A program made the position numbers and the translations under genes. A stretch of 49,399 bases of DNA from Candidatus Liptonbacteria bacterium (lineage in GTDB: Bacteria; Patescibacteriota; Minisyncoccia; UBA6257; 2-01-FULL-56-20): NCBI GenBank assembly GCA_016194445.1, contig JACQBP010000016.1:1-49399 (forward strand), in the 5' to 3' direction. Every line of letters begins with the position of its first letter. Position 1 is the stretch's first letter. The notes under the pieces were generated by a model. That model was not told the origin of the DNA. It saw only the letters and a list, made by a program, of their open reading frames with translations, and searched no databases. Shown here one piece after another: positions 9,611 to 18,790 of the stretch.

Positions 9611-9784
9611 ATGAACGAACCAGAAAAAAAGTGTACAAAATGTGGTGGAAAAACTTCGGGATACAAGTGTGATATGTGCGGCGCGGAAGCAAAAGAGCAT
9701 GATCCAAAACACGACTGCGGTGGTGAACATTGTGTAGCCAAATGCTCCGGTTGCGGAGAAGCAGAAACAAAGTGCAAGTGTTAA
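9611..9784 (+). CDS. 57-aa cysteine-rich (10 Cys) putative metal-binding protein
   Basis: Own translation: MNEPEKKCTKCGGKTSGYKCDMCGAEAKEHDPKHDCGGEHCVAKCSGCGEAETKCKC. Below the 60-aa cut-off of the ORF track. Confidence 0.55.
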   Translation: MNEPEKKCTKCGGKTSGYKCDMCGAEAKEHDPKHDCGGEHCVAKCSGCGEAETKCKC

Positions 9785-9844
9785 TCTTACAATGCGATGA
9801 GCACGCTCACAAACGAGGTGGGTGTGCTCTCGGTAAAATGAATT

Positions 9845-10387
9845 ATGAATAAAGTTTTAGGTATTATTATCGTTTTGATTCTCATTGGAGTGGGTTGGTT
9901 GATAGTTTCTAACCGTACCGCCTCCAATGAATCAAATCGCCAAGCACAATCTTCGCCTGCCAGTCAGACAACCGAAAAAACGCCTGATTTTGCTTTGCAA
10001 GATTTTGGTGGCAAAACAGTACGTCCAGCGGATTTTGCCGGAAAATCTCTGGTAATAAATTCCTGGGCAGTATGGTGTCCATTCTGCCGCAAAGAGTTGG
10101 TTGATTTTGTAGCCGCACAAAAAGAATTCGGCAACAAAGTGGTTATTATTGCCGTTGATCGAGCAGAGACACGAGATGTGGCAAAAAAGTACGCTGATGA
10201 CCTAGGAGTTACCGATGGCCTTATCTTTCTACTCGATCCGTCGGACAGCTTTTATCAATCAATCGGCGGTTTTTCGATGCCGGAGACTATTTTTGTCGAT
10301 CAAAAGGGTTTAGTGGTAGATCATAAGCGCGGGCCTATGGACATAAACGAAATGCGTACAAAAATTGAAAAACTTTTGCCCAAATAA
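9845..10387 (+). CDS. membrane-anchored TlpA-like thioredoxin
   Basis: 180 aa with an N-terminal TM helix and a WAVWCPFC motif. Confidence 0.85.
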   Translation: MNKVLGIIIVLILIGVGWLIVSNRTASNESNRQAQSSPASQTTEKTPDFALQDFGGKTVRPADFAGKSLVINSWAVWCPFCRKELVDFVAAQKEFGNKVVIIAVDRAETRDVAKKYADDLGVTDGLIFLLDPSDSFYQSIGGFSMPETIFVDQKGLVVDHKRGPMDINEMRTKIEKLLPK

Positions 10388-10391
10388 GGCT

Positions 10392-10571
10392 ATGGTTAAA
10401 ATCATAAAAAATAACAATAAGGAATTATATCAGTGTGAAGAATGAGGTTTGAAATATGAGAGTAAAGAAATTGCGGTGAGATGCCAAGCGTGGTGCAGCG
10501 AGCACAAAAGTTGCAACCTCGACCTGATTAAATATGCCGTGAAGGAGTCTCCAGATAGCACAAAAAAATAA
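10392..10571 (+). pseudogene. mini zinc-ribbon/redox ORF interrupted by a single in-frame TGA (10443-10445)
   Basis: MVKIIKNNNKELYQCEE*GLKYESKEIAVRCQAWCSEHKSCNLDLIKYAVKESPDSTKK. The TGA replaces the second Cys of a CxxC knuckle. Confidence 0.4.
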
Positions 10572-10582
10572 CTTACACCATT

Positions 10583-11035
10583 ATGGATATTGACCACTCG
10601 CAAAGTAAAGAACTTGAATACAACTACATCACTGATGGAATTTACATCGGCACGAATCAGTGTTGCCAAACACATTTTGATGAGAAATTAAAAAAAGAAG
10701 GCATCACCGCTGATATTTCTTTGGAAGAGGACCGGCTCGATGCGCCGTTTGGCGTTGATTTTTATATTTGGGTGCCTGTACAAAATCATACAACACCCAA
10801 ACATGACCAACTAGAATTTGGCGTTTCAGTGCTGGAGAAATTAGTCTCGATAGGCAAGAAGATTTATGTTCATTGCAAAAATGGCCACGGGCGAGCACCG
10901 ACGCTTGTTGCCGCTTATCTTATTAAAAAAGGCAGGAGTTCAGCAGAAGCAGAAAAATTTATAAAATCAAAGCGTCCTACAATGCACTTGGAGGATGTAC
11001 AGCGTCAAGCGCTTGATGATTTTAACAAAGTATAA
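10583..11035 (+). CDS. dual-specificity / Cys-based protein phosphatase-like protein
   Basis: 150 aa with the HCKNGHGRAPT (HCx5R) P-loop. Confidence 0.75.
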   Translation: MDIDHSQSKELEYNYITDGIYIGTNQCCQTHFDEKLKKEGITADISLEEDRLDAPFGVDFYIWVPVQNHTTPKHDQLEFGVSVLEKLVSIGKKIYVHCKNGHGRAPTLVAAYLIKKGRSSAEAEKFIKSKRPTMHLEDVQRQALDDFNKV

Positions 11036-11037
11036 TT

Positions 11038-11793
11038 ATGGATTTTTCACTTATCGTCCCAGCATTTATAGCCGGTGTTCTAACATTTCTAGCGCCATGT
11101 ACACTTCCTTTGGTGCCTGGTTATTTGGGTTTTATCAGCGGTGTTTCAACCCAAGATTTACAAGATCCATCGAAGGCAAAACTGGCTCGCAGAAAAATTT
11201 TTCTAAATGGAGTTTTCTACGTGCTCGGCTTCAGTTCGGTTTTTATAATCCTCGGTAGTCTTTTTGGACTTGGCGGTTCGGCACTTGTCAAATATCGGCT
11301 TTGGCTTTCACGGATCGGCGGAATTTTCGTGATATTTTTTGGGCTTTTTATGATGGGAGTTTTGAAGTTGCCGCTTTTGAATGTTGAAAAACGCGTTGGA
11401 AGCATAAAAGCATTAAAGCCCGGCAATCCGATAAGTTCGTTGATATTCGGGGCTGCATTTGCGTTCGGTTGGACGCCATGCGTCGGGCCCATTCTTGGCT
11501 CCATACTGGCGCTTGCAGCATCTTCGGCAACAGTCGGCCAAGGAGCATTTCTTCTTGCGGTATTTTCTCTTGGACTAGCTGTGCCGTTTCTCATCATTGC
11601 GGCAAGTATCGGTTCCGCATCTTCTTACCTCACCAAGTTAAACAAGTATCTCAATATCATATCGGTGATCGGAGGAATATTTCTTGTTTTCCTCGGCATT
11701 CTGCTTTTGACAAATAAACTCGGCGTATGGATTTCCTATTTTTATCGAGTCTTGAATTTTATTAATTACGATCGCCTTCTTGATCATTTGTAA
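11038..11793 (+). CDS. ccdA: cytochrome c biogenesis / thiol-disulfide transporter CcdA (DsbD core)
   Basis: 251 aa with 6 TM helices and LAPCTLPLVPGYL plus GWTPCVGPILG motifs. Confidence 0.9.
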   Translation: MDFSLIVPAFIAGVLTFLAPCTLPLVPGYLGFISGVSTQDLQDPSKAKLARRKIFLNGVFYVLGFSSVFIILGSLFGLGGSALVKYRLWLSRIGGIFVIFFGLFMMGVLKLPLLNVEKRVGSIKALKPGNPISSLIFGAAFAFGWTPCVGPILGSILALAASSATVGQGAFLLAVFSLGLAVPFLIIAASIGSASSYLTKLNKYLNIISVIGGIFLVFLGILLLTNKLGVWISYFYRVLNFINYDRLLDHL

Positions 11794-11994
11794 TGATAAG
11801 GCTGAAAATATTACCCCTCGATCATCGTTATCTTTTTGTCTAGGGAATTGGGGCGATGCAAAAAGTATGTTTTTCATCCCATTTCAAAAACAGACCCCCA
11901 ACCCGCATGCCTCAAATTTTGATCTATTCAGATGTTCAAAAAAGCCTTATAATGCTTGTATATTGGGGGACTTAACCCGAATGTCCAGCCAGAT

Positions 11995-12024
11995 TTGATT
12001 TCCAGAATATAGCTGTTCTATAAT
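11995..12024 (+). promoter_or_regulatory. candidate promoter of the Cys-rich secreted protein gene
   Basis: TTGATT (11995-12000), an 18-nt spacer, then TATAAT (12019-12024). Confidence 0.5.
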
Positions 12025-12080
12025 AACCACAATCACAGAGCGTGTTCCAAGCCGCAGTTGTGGCGACAAATAAATATCCT

Positions 12081-12767
12081 ATGAACCAACAAAAAATAGC
12101 GGCTAGTATTGTCGGGGCGGCGCTCCTTGTTGGACTTTTCATCATACTTCGCTCTCATCCGGCCAGTGTTTCCGACACCACATTTCATCAGCAACTGCTG
12201 GCGACCGAAAATAGTCTTCCGACCGAAGCCGGAAAAAAGAATTTCCTTAAACGAAGTTATAATCTCACCCAAAGAGTTGACGCCGAGCTAGTTGACCTTG
12301 ATAGCCAAATCATATCCTGCGATGCGAACGTTGACGGCCTTGCCTCCGGCGCCGGAACCATGAGCGGCAGTTGTATCGATTCGAGTTTAATACCGGCCCA
12401 AAGCGTGAAAGGAAAGTTCATGGGCGGCCAGTGCTGCAGCGCCATGACTGACACCGTGAAGTATCACGAGCACTTACAAAAACTCCAAGCCTACAAGAGT
12501 ATACCCGACATTCCGCTTGATCCGATGCACACACCCGTCGAGATGGCGAAAAAGTGGATTGATTACGACAAAAACACCACCCTCACTCCCACCGAACAGA
12601 AAATGTACGACGATGTGTACGCCATATCGATGGAAAAGCCTTGCTGTTGCAAATGTTGGCACTACTACACCAACGAAGGCATCGCCAAGAAGATGATTAA
12701 AGACGGCGTCTGGAACGCCCAACAGATTGCCGCGTATTGGGACTCCTCCGATATCTGCGGGGCGTAA
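12081..12767 (+). CDS. secreted/anchored cysteine-rich protein, function unknown
   Basis: ATG 12081 gives MNQQKIAASIVGAALLVGLFIIL (signal anchor). There are 11 Cys (my hand count of the 12081 translation), including GGQCCSAM and EKPCCCKCWHY. Confidence 0.6.
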   Translation: MNQQKIAASIVGAALLVGLFIILRSHPASVSDTTFHQQLLATENSLPTEAGKKNFLKRSYNLTQRVDAELVDLDSQIISCDANVDGLASGAGTMSGSCIDSSLIPAQSVKGKFMGGQCCSAMTDTVKYHEHLQKLQAYKSIPDIPLDPMHTPVEMAKKWIDYDKNTTLTPTEQKMYDDVYAISMEKPCCCKCWHYYTNEGIAKKMIKDGVWNAQQIAAYWDSSDICGA

Positions 12768-12849
12768 CTATTTTTCATCCACTTGCTCTTTTCCAGAATT
12801 GCTATACTATTAAATAAAGGCCAAATAAAATAAACCAAACCAAAAATAA

Positions 12850-13098
12850 ATGCCAAACTCTGCGTTTATGAAGCCAATGAAGATAAGTTCCGAATTGGCT
12901 ACTGTAGTCGGTAATGGGCCGATGCCAAGGTCGGAAGTTGTTAAGAAACTCTGGGTCTATATCAAAAAGCACGACCTTCAGGATCCCAAAAACAAGCGCA
13001 ATATCAACGCTGATGAAGCTTTGAAGAAAGTCTTCGGCGGCAAAGCGGTGGTCAATATGTTTGAAATGACCAAGCTCGTTTCCAAGCATCTTTCCTAA
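12850..13098 (+). CDS. SWIB/MDM2-domain protein
   Basis: 82 aa. PRSEVVKKLWVYIKKHDLQDPKNKRNINADEALKKVFG is a textbook SWIB motif. Confidence 0.8.
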   Translation: MPNSAFMKPMKISSELATVVGNGPMPRSEVVKKLWVYIKKHDLQDPKNKRNINADEALKKVFGGKAVVNMFEMTKLVSKHLS

Positions 13099-13287
13099 GC
13101 ATTGCCTCGAAAAACTAACCTAGGTAGTCAGTAAATTGAAAAAAGCGTATCGAGAGCGGTGCGCTTTTTTCGTATCGAGGCGGTCGGATTGAAATAAGTG
13201 GTCGGTTCGAGAGATAGAAAAGCATTTGCCACCAGTCCCTAAATTTTCTAGAATTTGAAGAGCCCTCAAAAATCAAAGGAGAAGCCC

Positions 13288-13947
13288 ATGCGCATCATCG
13301 CTTTCTTTTCTGGTGGCGCGAGCGCCCTCGTCTATCTCGCTAAGCACGATCCAAACTTCGGGAAAAAGTATAAAGTGGTTTGCGCCTTCACCGACAAAAA
13401 GCACGCCGAAGGCATTTTGTTTGTAAATGAATCTGGTCTTCCCCTCGAGTGCCTAGATGCGCCCGACTACTTCCCCGCCCACAATTTAAAACCCGGCACT
13501 CCCGAGGCCCGAACCCAATACTTCCGCGAAGCTTCCGCGATAATCAAGCCCTTCAACGCCGACCTCCTAATCCTCTGCGGCTTTATGCGGATCGTGACCG
13601 AACCTCTCCTCTCCGAATATCCAAATCGAATCTTAAACGTTCACCCAGCCGATCTCACCGTCCTCGATGAAAGCGGTCGCCGCAAATACGTTGGCGCCGA
13701 TCCGGTTACCCTCGCTCTTGCCGCCGGTGAGAAATCCACCCGCTCCACCGTCCACCTTGTCACCGCTGAAGTTGATGGCGGCCCGATCGTGACTGTCTCC
13801 AACCCGCTTGAGGTTGAACCAGGGATCGGCCCGAAAACCCATCAAGCCAAAATGAAATGGGCTTGCGATGGCCCCGCCTACGCGAAGGCCCTTGAGATGA
13901 TTGCGGATGGCGCGATCTCCCTCGATAATCTCGCGAAAAACCCCTAG
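13288..13947 (+). CDS. formyltransferase-family protein (PurN-like)
   Basis: MRIIAFFSGGAS... and ILNVHPADL motifs. ATG 13288 is preferred over the track's TTG 13255. Confidence 0.7.
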   Translation: MRIIAFFSGGASALVYLAKHDPNFGKKYKVVCAFTDKKHAEGILFVNESGLPLECLDAPDYFPAHNLKPGTPEARTQYFREASAIIKPFNADLLILCGFMRIVTEPLLSEYPNRILNVHPADLTVLDESGRRKYVGADPVTLALAAGEKSTRSTVHLVTAEVDGGPIVTVSNPLEVEPGIGPKTHQAKMKWACDGPAYAKALEMIADGAISLDNLAKNP

Positions 13948-13983
13948 GCTCGCACGTTCATCCGCAATTTGCGAGCCTTTTTA
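13947..13983 (+). terminator. rho-independent terminator
   Basis: GGCTCGCA / TGCGAGCC stem followed by TTTTTA. Confidence 0.65.
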
Positions 13984-14106
13984 TAGGTTAAAACCACCCA
14001 CTCCTACATCTTTATTTATCAACCCCAAAGCTAGCTCGAGCAAGAAATTTGCCAAATTAATCCCGGGCGATACAATAGCATCAAAGGCCAAACCAAAAAT
14101 AAAAAA

Positions 14107-14448
14107 ATGACCCCAGAACAACCCCCTCAAAGTAGAGATGAGTCTTTTAAAAAATATGCCGCGGAGGGCATGGTTGATAACGCCAGAAGGCAAGACGAAA
14201 AAATTGAGGCCGCTCTTCGGGTTTTGGGTATTGACCCAGCCGATTCTGAAAAAATGAGAGCGGTTGAAACGATCATTGCCGCCGCCTTTATTTTACTTTT
14301 TCAGAAAGTCGACCAGAATTCCCACTCCGCCAGTGACACTCTTCTTAATTTCGCCCCTTACGCAATTACCATTCTGCTCGTCTTTGACTTGCTCTGTTTC
14401 CGAATAGGCGAGTACCCCAGCTGGTGGCGGAGAAAAAATAAATCTTAG
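14107..14448 (+). CDS. hypothetical protein with C-terminal TM segments
   Basis: 113-aa ORF. No motif recognised. Confidence 0.45.
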   Translation: MTPEQPPQSRDESFKKYAAEGMVDNARRQDEKIEAALRVLGIDPADSEKMRAVETIIAAAFILLFQKVDQNSHSASDTLLNFAPYAITILLVFDLLCFRIGEYPSWWRRKNKS

Positions 14449-14511
14449 CTATCTAATAAATTTGAGCTATAATACAAGCGCTGTAACTGGCTAGCTGCTG
14501 TTTTTATTTAC

Positions 14512-15812
14512 ATGACAAAGGATAAACTCAACCACCCATTACCCAACCCCAAAAGCTCCAACTTTTTTAACTCTCTCCGCGTGGGGACTTTTTTGGCCGT
14601 CCGCGACCTCAAGCGCGCCAACAAGTGGACCACGATTTTAATTATCTTCATCATGACCCTCACTTTCCTGAATCTAGTGGTGGTGAGTGGCGTTTTAGTC
14701 GGTTTGATCGAGGGGGCCGAGGGCGCCGTCCGCACCCATTACCTCGGCGACGTTTTATCTCCAACCTCAAAGAAAAGCAATACATCGAACACAGCCAATC
14801 CCTCATTGAATTTGCCAAAAGCCTTCCTGGTGTTGAAGGCGTAACCGCTCGTTATCTCGAAAGCGGAAAAGTTGAGTCCGACTACAAAACTAACAAAAAA
14901 AGACCCAACGATCTCGACCGCAGCGTCGGCGCTTCGATTGTCGGCATCGACCCGAAAGCCGAAGACGCGGTAACCCACATTTCAAAAAATATCATTGAGG
15001 GTTCTTATTTGGACAACGGTGACTACGACCAAGTTGTCGTGGGCGCCCTGCTCCTCAAAAAATATCTCAAGTTCGACTCTACCAGCTTTCCCACTCTCGA
15101 CAACATCGAAATTGGCAGCAAAGTCCGAGTTACCGTGAGTGGCAACACGCGCGAAGTGACCGTAAAAGGCATCATCAAAAGCAAAGTGGATGAAATTGAC
15201 CGCCGGGTCTTTTTTGTCGATCAACAATTTCGAGGCCTCATCAACCGCTATGATTTCAATGTCGACGAGATCGTCGTTCGCTTGAAACCACAATTAAATC
15301 CTCTCACCATCAAAAACGCGCTCGCCTCCGGCGGTTTTAGTGATTACGCTAAAATTCAGACTGCAGAGGACGCCGAACCCAAATTTTTACACGACATCAA
15401 ACAAACTTTCGCCCTTTTAGGCAGCGTCATCAGCTCGATTGGCCTTATCGCCGCCGCTATCACCATTTTCATCATCATTTTTGTAAACGCCATCACTCGC
15501 CGCCGCTTTATTGGCATCATGAAAGGCATTGGCGTCACCTCAACCGCTGTTGAATTTTCCTACATCTTGCAATCGCTTTTTTATGCCCTCTTTGGCACCG
15601 CGATCGGTATGTTTCTAGTCTTTGTCGTTTTAGTTCCTTACTTTCACAACCATCCGATCAACTTTCCCTTCAGCGACGGTATCCTCGTGGCCACTTTAAG
15701 CGGCACGCTTATTCGCGCCTTCATTCTTTTCGCCTCAACTGTCATTGCTGGCTACATTCCCGCCCGCATCGTCGTCAAACAAAATACCTTAGACGCCATC
15801 CTCGGCCGTTAG
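14512..15812 (+). pseudogene. FtsX/MacB-type ABC transporter permease, split by a 1-nt frameshift near 14753
   Basis: The N-terminal TM1 part lies in the 14512 frame (..AVRTHYLGDV). The rest lies in the 14625 frame (FISNLKEKQYIEH ... four TM helices at the C-terminus). The junction is at the T-run 14753-14756. Confidence 0.7.
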
Positions 15813-15851
15813 TGCTAACATCCAACATCCTACGTCTCACATCTTCATTGT

Positions 15852-16538
15852 ATGATCATCCAAGCTCAAAACTTAACGCGAAAATATAAAAGCGGCCTCG
15901 GCGAAATTGTGGCTCTCAAAAACGTTGACCTTACCGTCAAAAAAGGCGAATTCCTCGCCATCACCGGCCGTTCTGGTTCCGGCAAAAGCACTCTGCTCTA
16001 TCAGCTTGGGTTATTAGATCGGCCCACCTCGGGCGATATTTATATTGAGGATGTGAATGTTTCCAATTTTAGCGACATCGAGCGCACCCATCTGCGCCTA
16101 AAAGAACTCGGTTACATTTTCCAAGATTACGCTATCCTGCCATCCTTAACTGCCCTCGAAAACGTGACTCTGCCACTCCTGATGATGGGCCTGGATTCGC
16201 GCGAGATTAAAAAGAAAGCCGAAACGGCTCTCGGGAAGGTCAGCTTAGGCCACCGCTTCAGCAATCTTCCAAGCCAACTCTCCGGCGGCGAGCAGCAGCG
16301 AGTTTCAATTGCTCGCGCCATCAGTCATGATCCCAAAATTATTTTCGCCGATGAGCCGACGGCTAATCTTGACAGTGAAACTTCTAAAGTCATCCTCCAA
16401 GTTTTCCTCGAACTTCATAAGGAAGGCCAAACCATCGTCATGGTCACTCACGAAAAAGAATATGCCACCGTGGCTGATCGCGTAATTACTTTATCCGATG
16501 GCGAAATTATTAAGGAGTCTCGAGGGTCTTTGCAGTGA
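15852..16538 (+). CDS. ABC transporter ATP-binding protein (MacB/LolD/FtsE-like)
   Basis: Walker A GRSGSGKST, signature LSGGEQQR and Walker B IIFADEPT. Confidence 0.9.
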   Translation: MIIQAQNLTRKYKSGLGEIVALKNVDLTVKKGEFLAITGRSGSGKSTLLYQLGLLDRPTSGDIYIEDVNVSNFSDIERTHLRLKELGYIFQDYAILPSLTALENVTLPLLMMGLDSREIKKKAETALGKVSLGHRFSNLPSQLSGGEQQRVSIARAISHDPKIIFADEPTANLDSETSKVILQVFLELHKEGQTIVMVTHEKEYATVADRVITLSDGEIIKESRGSLQ

Positions 16539-16582
16539 AGCAGTGAAGCATTGATTTTTATCCGTTTATTCTTTAGAGTTTT

Positions 16583-17305
16583 ATGAATATGAACTCCGAT
16601 CAATCCAAAAGTTTTGACAACAAACTCGTCGTCGCCCTCACGCTTTATATCGTCTCCCTTTTTGCGTCGAACACCCTAGGCGTCAAGTTAATGCCGTTTC
16701 TCTTCGGCACCCAGTTGTCCGTGGCCGTTTTCTTTTTCCCGGTTGTTTTCTTGATGACGGATGTCGTAGGTGAAGTCTACGGTAAAAAAATGGCCCGCCG
16801 CTTTGTCCTCGCCGGATTTTTAAGCATCGCTTTATTTCTTTTCTATTCTCTCATCTCCACCGTGACGCCGTGGGGCGAGCGCGCGCTTTGGGTGAAAGCC
16901 AGTTACAATCAAGTTTTCGGCATCTCGGCGCGCATCTCGATCGCTTCTTTAGTCGCTTTTGCCATCGCCGAATACCAAGACGTGATCGCCTTTTTCTTTT
17001 TCCGCCGCAAGTTCGGCGCTTCCAACTTTTGGCTCCGCTCGAACTTATCGAACGTCTGGTCGCAATTTTTAGACACCACCATTTTTATGGTAGTTGCTTT
17101 TCTCGGCATCAAGATTGGAAATTTGAATATCCCCGGCATCTACCCCTTCCATACAATTCTTTTGATTATCGTCCCGTGGTGGCTCTACAAAGTCGTTATG
17201 GGCGCGCTCTACACGCCGCTAAGTTATGTTGGCCTTCGCCTGTTGCGCGGTAAATCCGAAAATTCAATTCCTATCCCCGATGATCGTTCAACCCATCAAA
17301 ACTAG
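16583..17305 (+). CDS. yhhQ: queuosine-precursor transporter (YhhQ / DUF165 / VUT family)
   Basis: 240 aa, multi-TM, with MTDVVGEVYGKK and EYQDV motifs of the VUT family. Confidence 0.75.
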   Translation: MNMNSDQSKSFDNKLVVALTLYIVSLFASNTLGVKLMPFLFGTQLSVAVFFFPVVFLMTDVVGEVYGKKMARRFVLAGFLSIALFLFYSLISTVTPWGERALWVKASYNQVFGISARISIASLVAFAIAEYQDVIAFFFFRRKFGASNFWLRSNLSNVWSQFLDTTIFMVVAFLGIKIGNLNIPGIYPFHTILLIIVPWWLYKVVMGALYTPLSYVGLRLLRGKSENSIPIPDDRSTHQN

Positions 17306-17984
17306 AATCTTTAAAGAAGGCGAAAATCTCTTTGACTTCATTCGCCAGAATATAAAAAAGATTCCTGAAAAATCTGTTTTAGTGGTCACCTCAAAAATTG
17401 TCGCCCTCTCCGAAAATCGTACGCGCCAAATCAAAAACCATCGCGAAAAAGACTTGATCATCAAAGCCGAAAGCGAGTGGGCGATGAAAACCAAATACGT
17501 CTGGTTGACCATCAAAGACGGCGTGGTGATGGCCTCGGCGGGAGTGGACGAGTCGAATGCGAATGGTAAACTCATTCTCCTCCCAAAAAATAGTTATCAG
17601 TCTGCTAAAAAAATCTTAGCTTTTGCCCAAAAAAACTATGGAGTCAAAAAAATCGGCGTTCTGATTACCGACAGCCGCCTCTTTCCTCTCCGAGCGGGGA
17701 TTGTGGGTTTAGCTGTTGGCTACGCTGGTATGAAAGGCATCAAAGATTATCGGGGAAAACCCGATCTCTTCGGCCGCAAGCTCAAAATGTCTCAAGTCGA
17801 CATCGCCGACAGTCTCGCCACGGCCGCTGTCCTCACGATGGGCGAATCCAATGAACGCCAACCCCTCGCGCTCATCAAAAATGCCTCTATTGAATTTTCC
17901 ACCCAAAAAACCAACCCCCGCGAGCTCCTTATTAATCCAAAAAACGATATATATGCGCCCATCTTCAAAAATTTGAGAAAGTGA
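17280..17984 (+). CDS. CofE-like gamma-glutamyl ligase family protein
   Basis: MIVQPIKTRIF...VVTSKIVALSE...GVDESNA matches the F420-0:gamma-glutamyl ligase fold. ATG 17280 overlaps the yhhQ end by 26 nt. Confidence 0.7.
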   Translation: MIVQPIKTRIFKEGENLFDFIRQNIKKIPEKSVLVVTSKIVALSENRTRQIKNHREKDLIIKAESEWAMKTKYVWLTIKDGVVMASAGVDESNANGKLILLPKNSYQSAKKILAFAQKNYGVKKIGVLITDSRLFPLRAGIVGLAVGYAGMKGIKDYRGKPDLFGRKLKMSQVDIADSLATAAVLTMGESNERQPLALIKNASIEFSTQKTNPRELLINPKNDIYAPIFKNLRK

Positions 17985-18216
17985 AAAAGTTGAGCCCTTC
18001 TACAATTAAACATCTTTCAACCTTAGAAGGGAGAAATCCAGCACCAAAAGTTATGGTGCTGGGCCGACCTCTACCAGCCCCTTTTCACCCAAGTTAGCAA
18101 AATTAAAAGGCCATAAGTTTTACACATGCCATCTAGTTGGATTTGGGTTAAAATCCAATCAGACAACAGTAGTACCTTGATTTTTTAACCCAGCCTAACC
18201 GAAAGGAAGGCGCAAC

Positions 18217-18762
18217 GTGAGGAACAACTCGAAAAGGACCGACATCCTCCTCCCTCAAGGAGTCTCAATTCCAAGGTGGCTTGAAGAGAGAGGTGGCACC
18301 CAGATTTTCCTCATTCAATTCGGTGAAAACGGAAGGAGGGCTTGCTGTATCCGCGTTCGGAATGCTCAAGTTGCCTTCGGTCCCTGCGGCAGTGTTTATT
18401 TCAGAGATTCGGGCGGGCGCTATTCCTTCCAGGTTTTTGAGCCCGGCCGAGTTCTTGCAATTTGTCACCCCGCGGAAGGTCAAATTGCCGAGAACAAGCA
18501 CCTTTGCTGGAATTGCCTCCGTAACACCGGCCGCAAGAAATGCTTTTCACACCTAACCGCCGGAGGATCCGTCTTTATTTTCCAGTGTTCTCACTGCGGT
18601 TCGGAGTGGGAAGTGACTTTCGAGCATTCACCAAACGGCAACGGAAACGGAGGTCACCGTGATCACCACCATAACGGCTACTCGAAAAATCCGGAGAGAT
18701 CGCGTCGTTCGTCCTCGCCCGCGCCGGCACGGACGTCGGCGAAAAGGCACACCCACTTCTAA
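18217..18762 (+). CDS. hypothetical protein with CxxC...CxxC zinc-ribbon and a His/Arg-rich tail
   Basis: GTG start 6 nt after AAGGAAGG. Contains CWNC..(30)..CSHC. A clean terminator follows. Confidence 0.4.
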   Translation: MRNNSKRTDILLPQGVSIPRWLEERGGTQIFLIQFGENGRRACCIRVRNAQVAFGPCGSVYFRDSGGRYSFQVFEPGRVLAICHPAEGQIAENKHLCWNCLRNTGRKKCFSHLTAGGSVFIFQCSHCGSEWEVTFEHSPNGNGNGGHRDHHHNGYSKNPERSRRSSSPAPARTSAKRHTHF

Positions 18763-18790
18763 GTAGCAACTCGCGCTCGCGCGCCACCCG

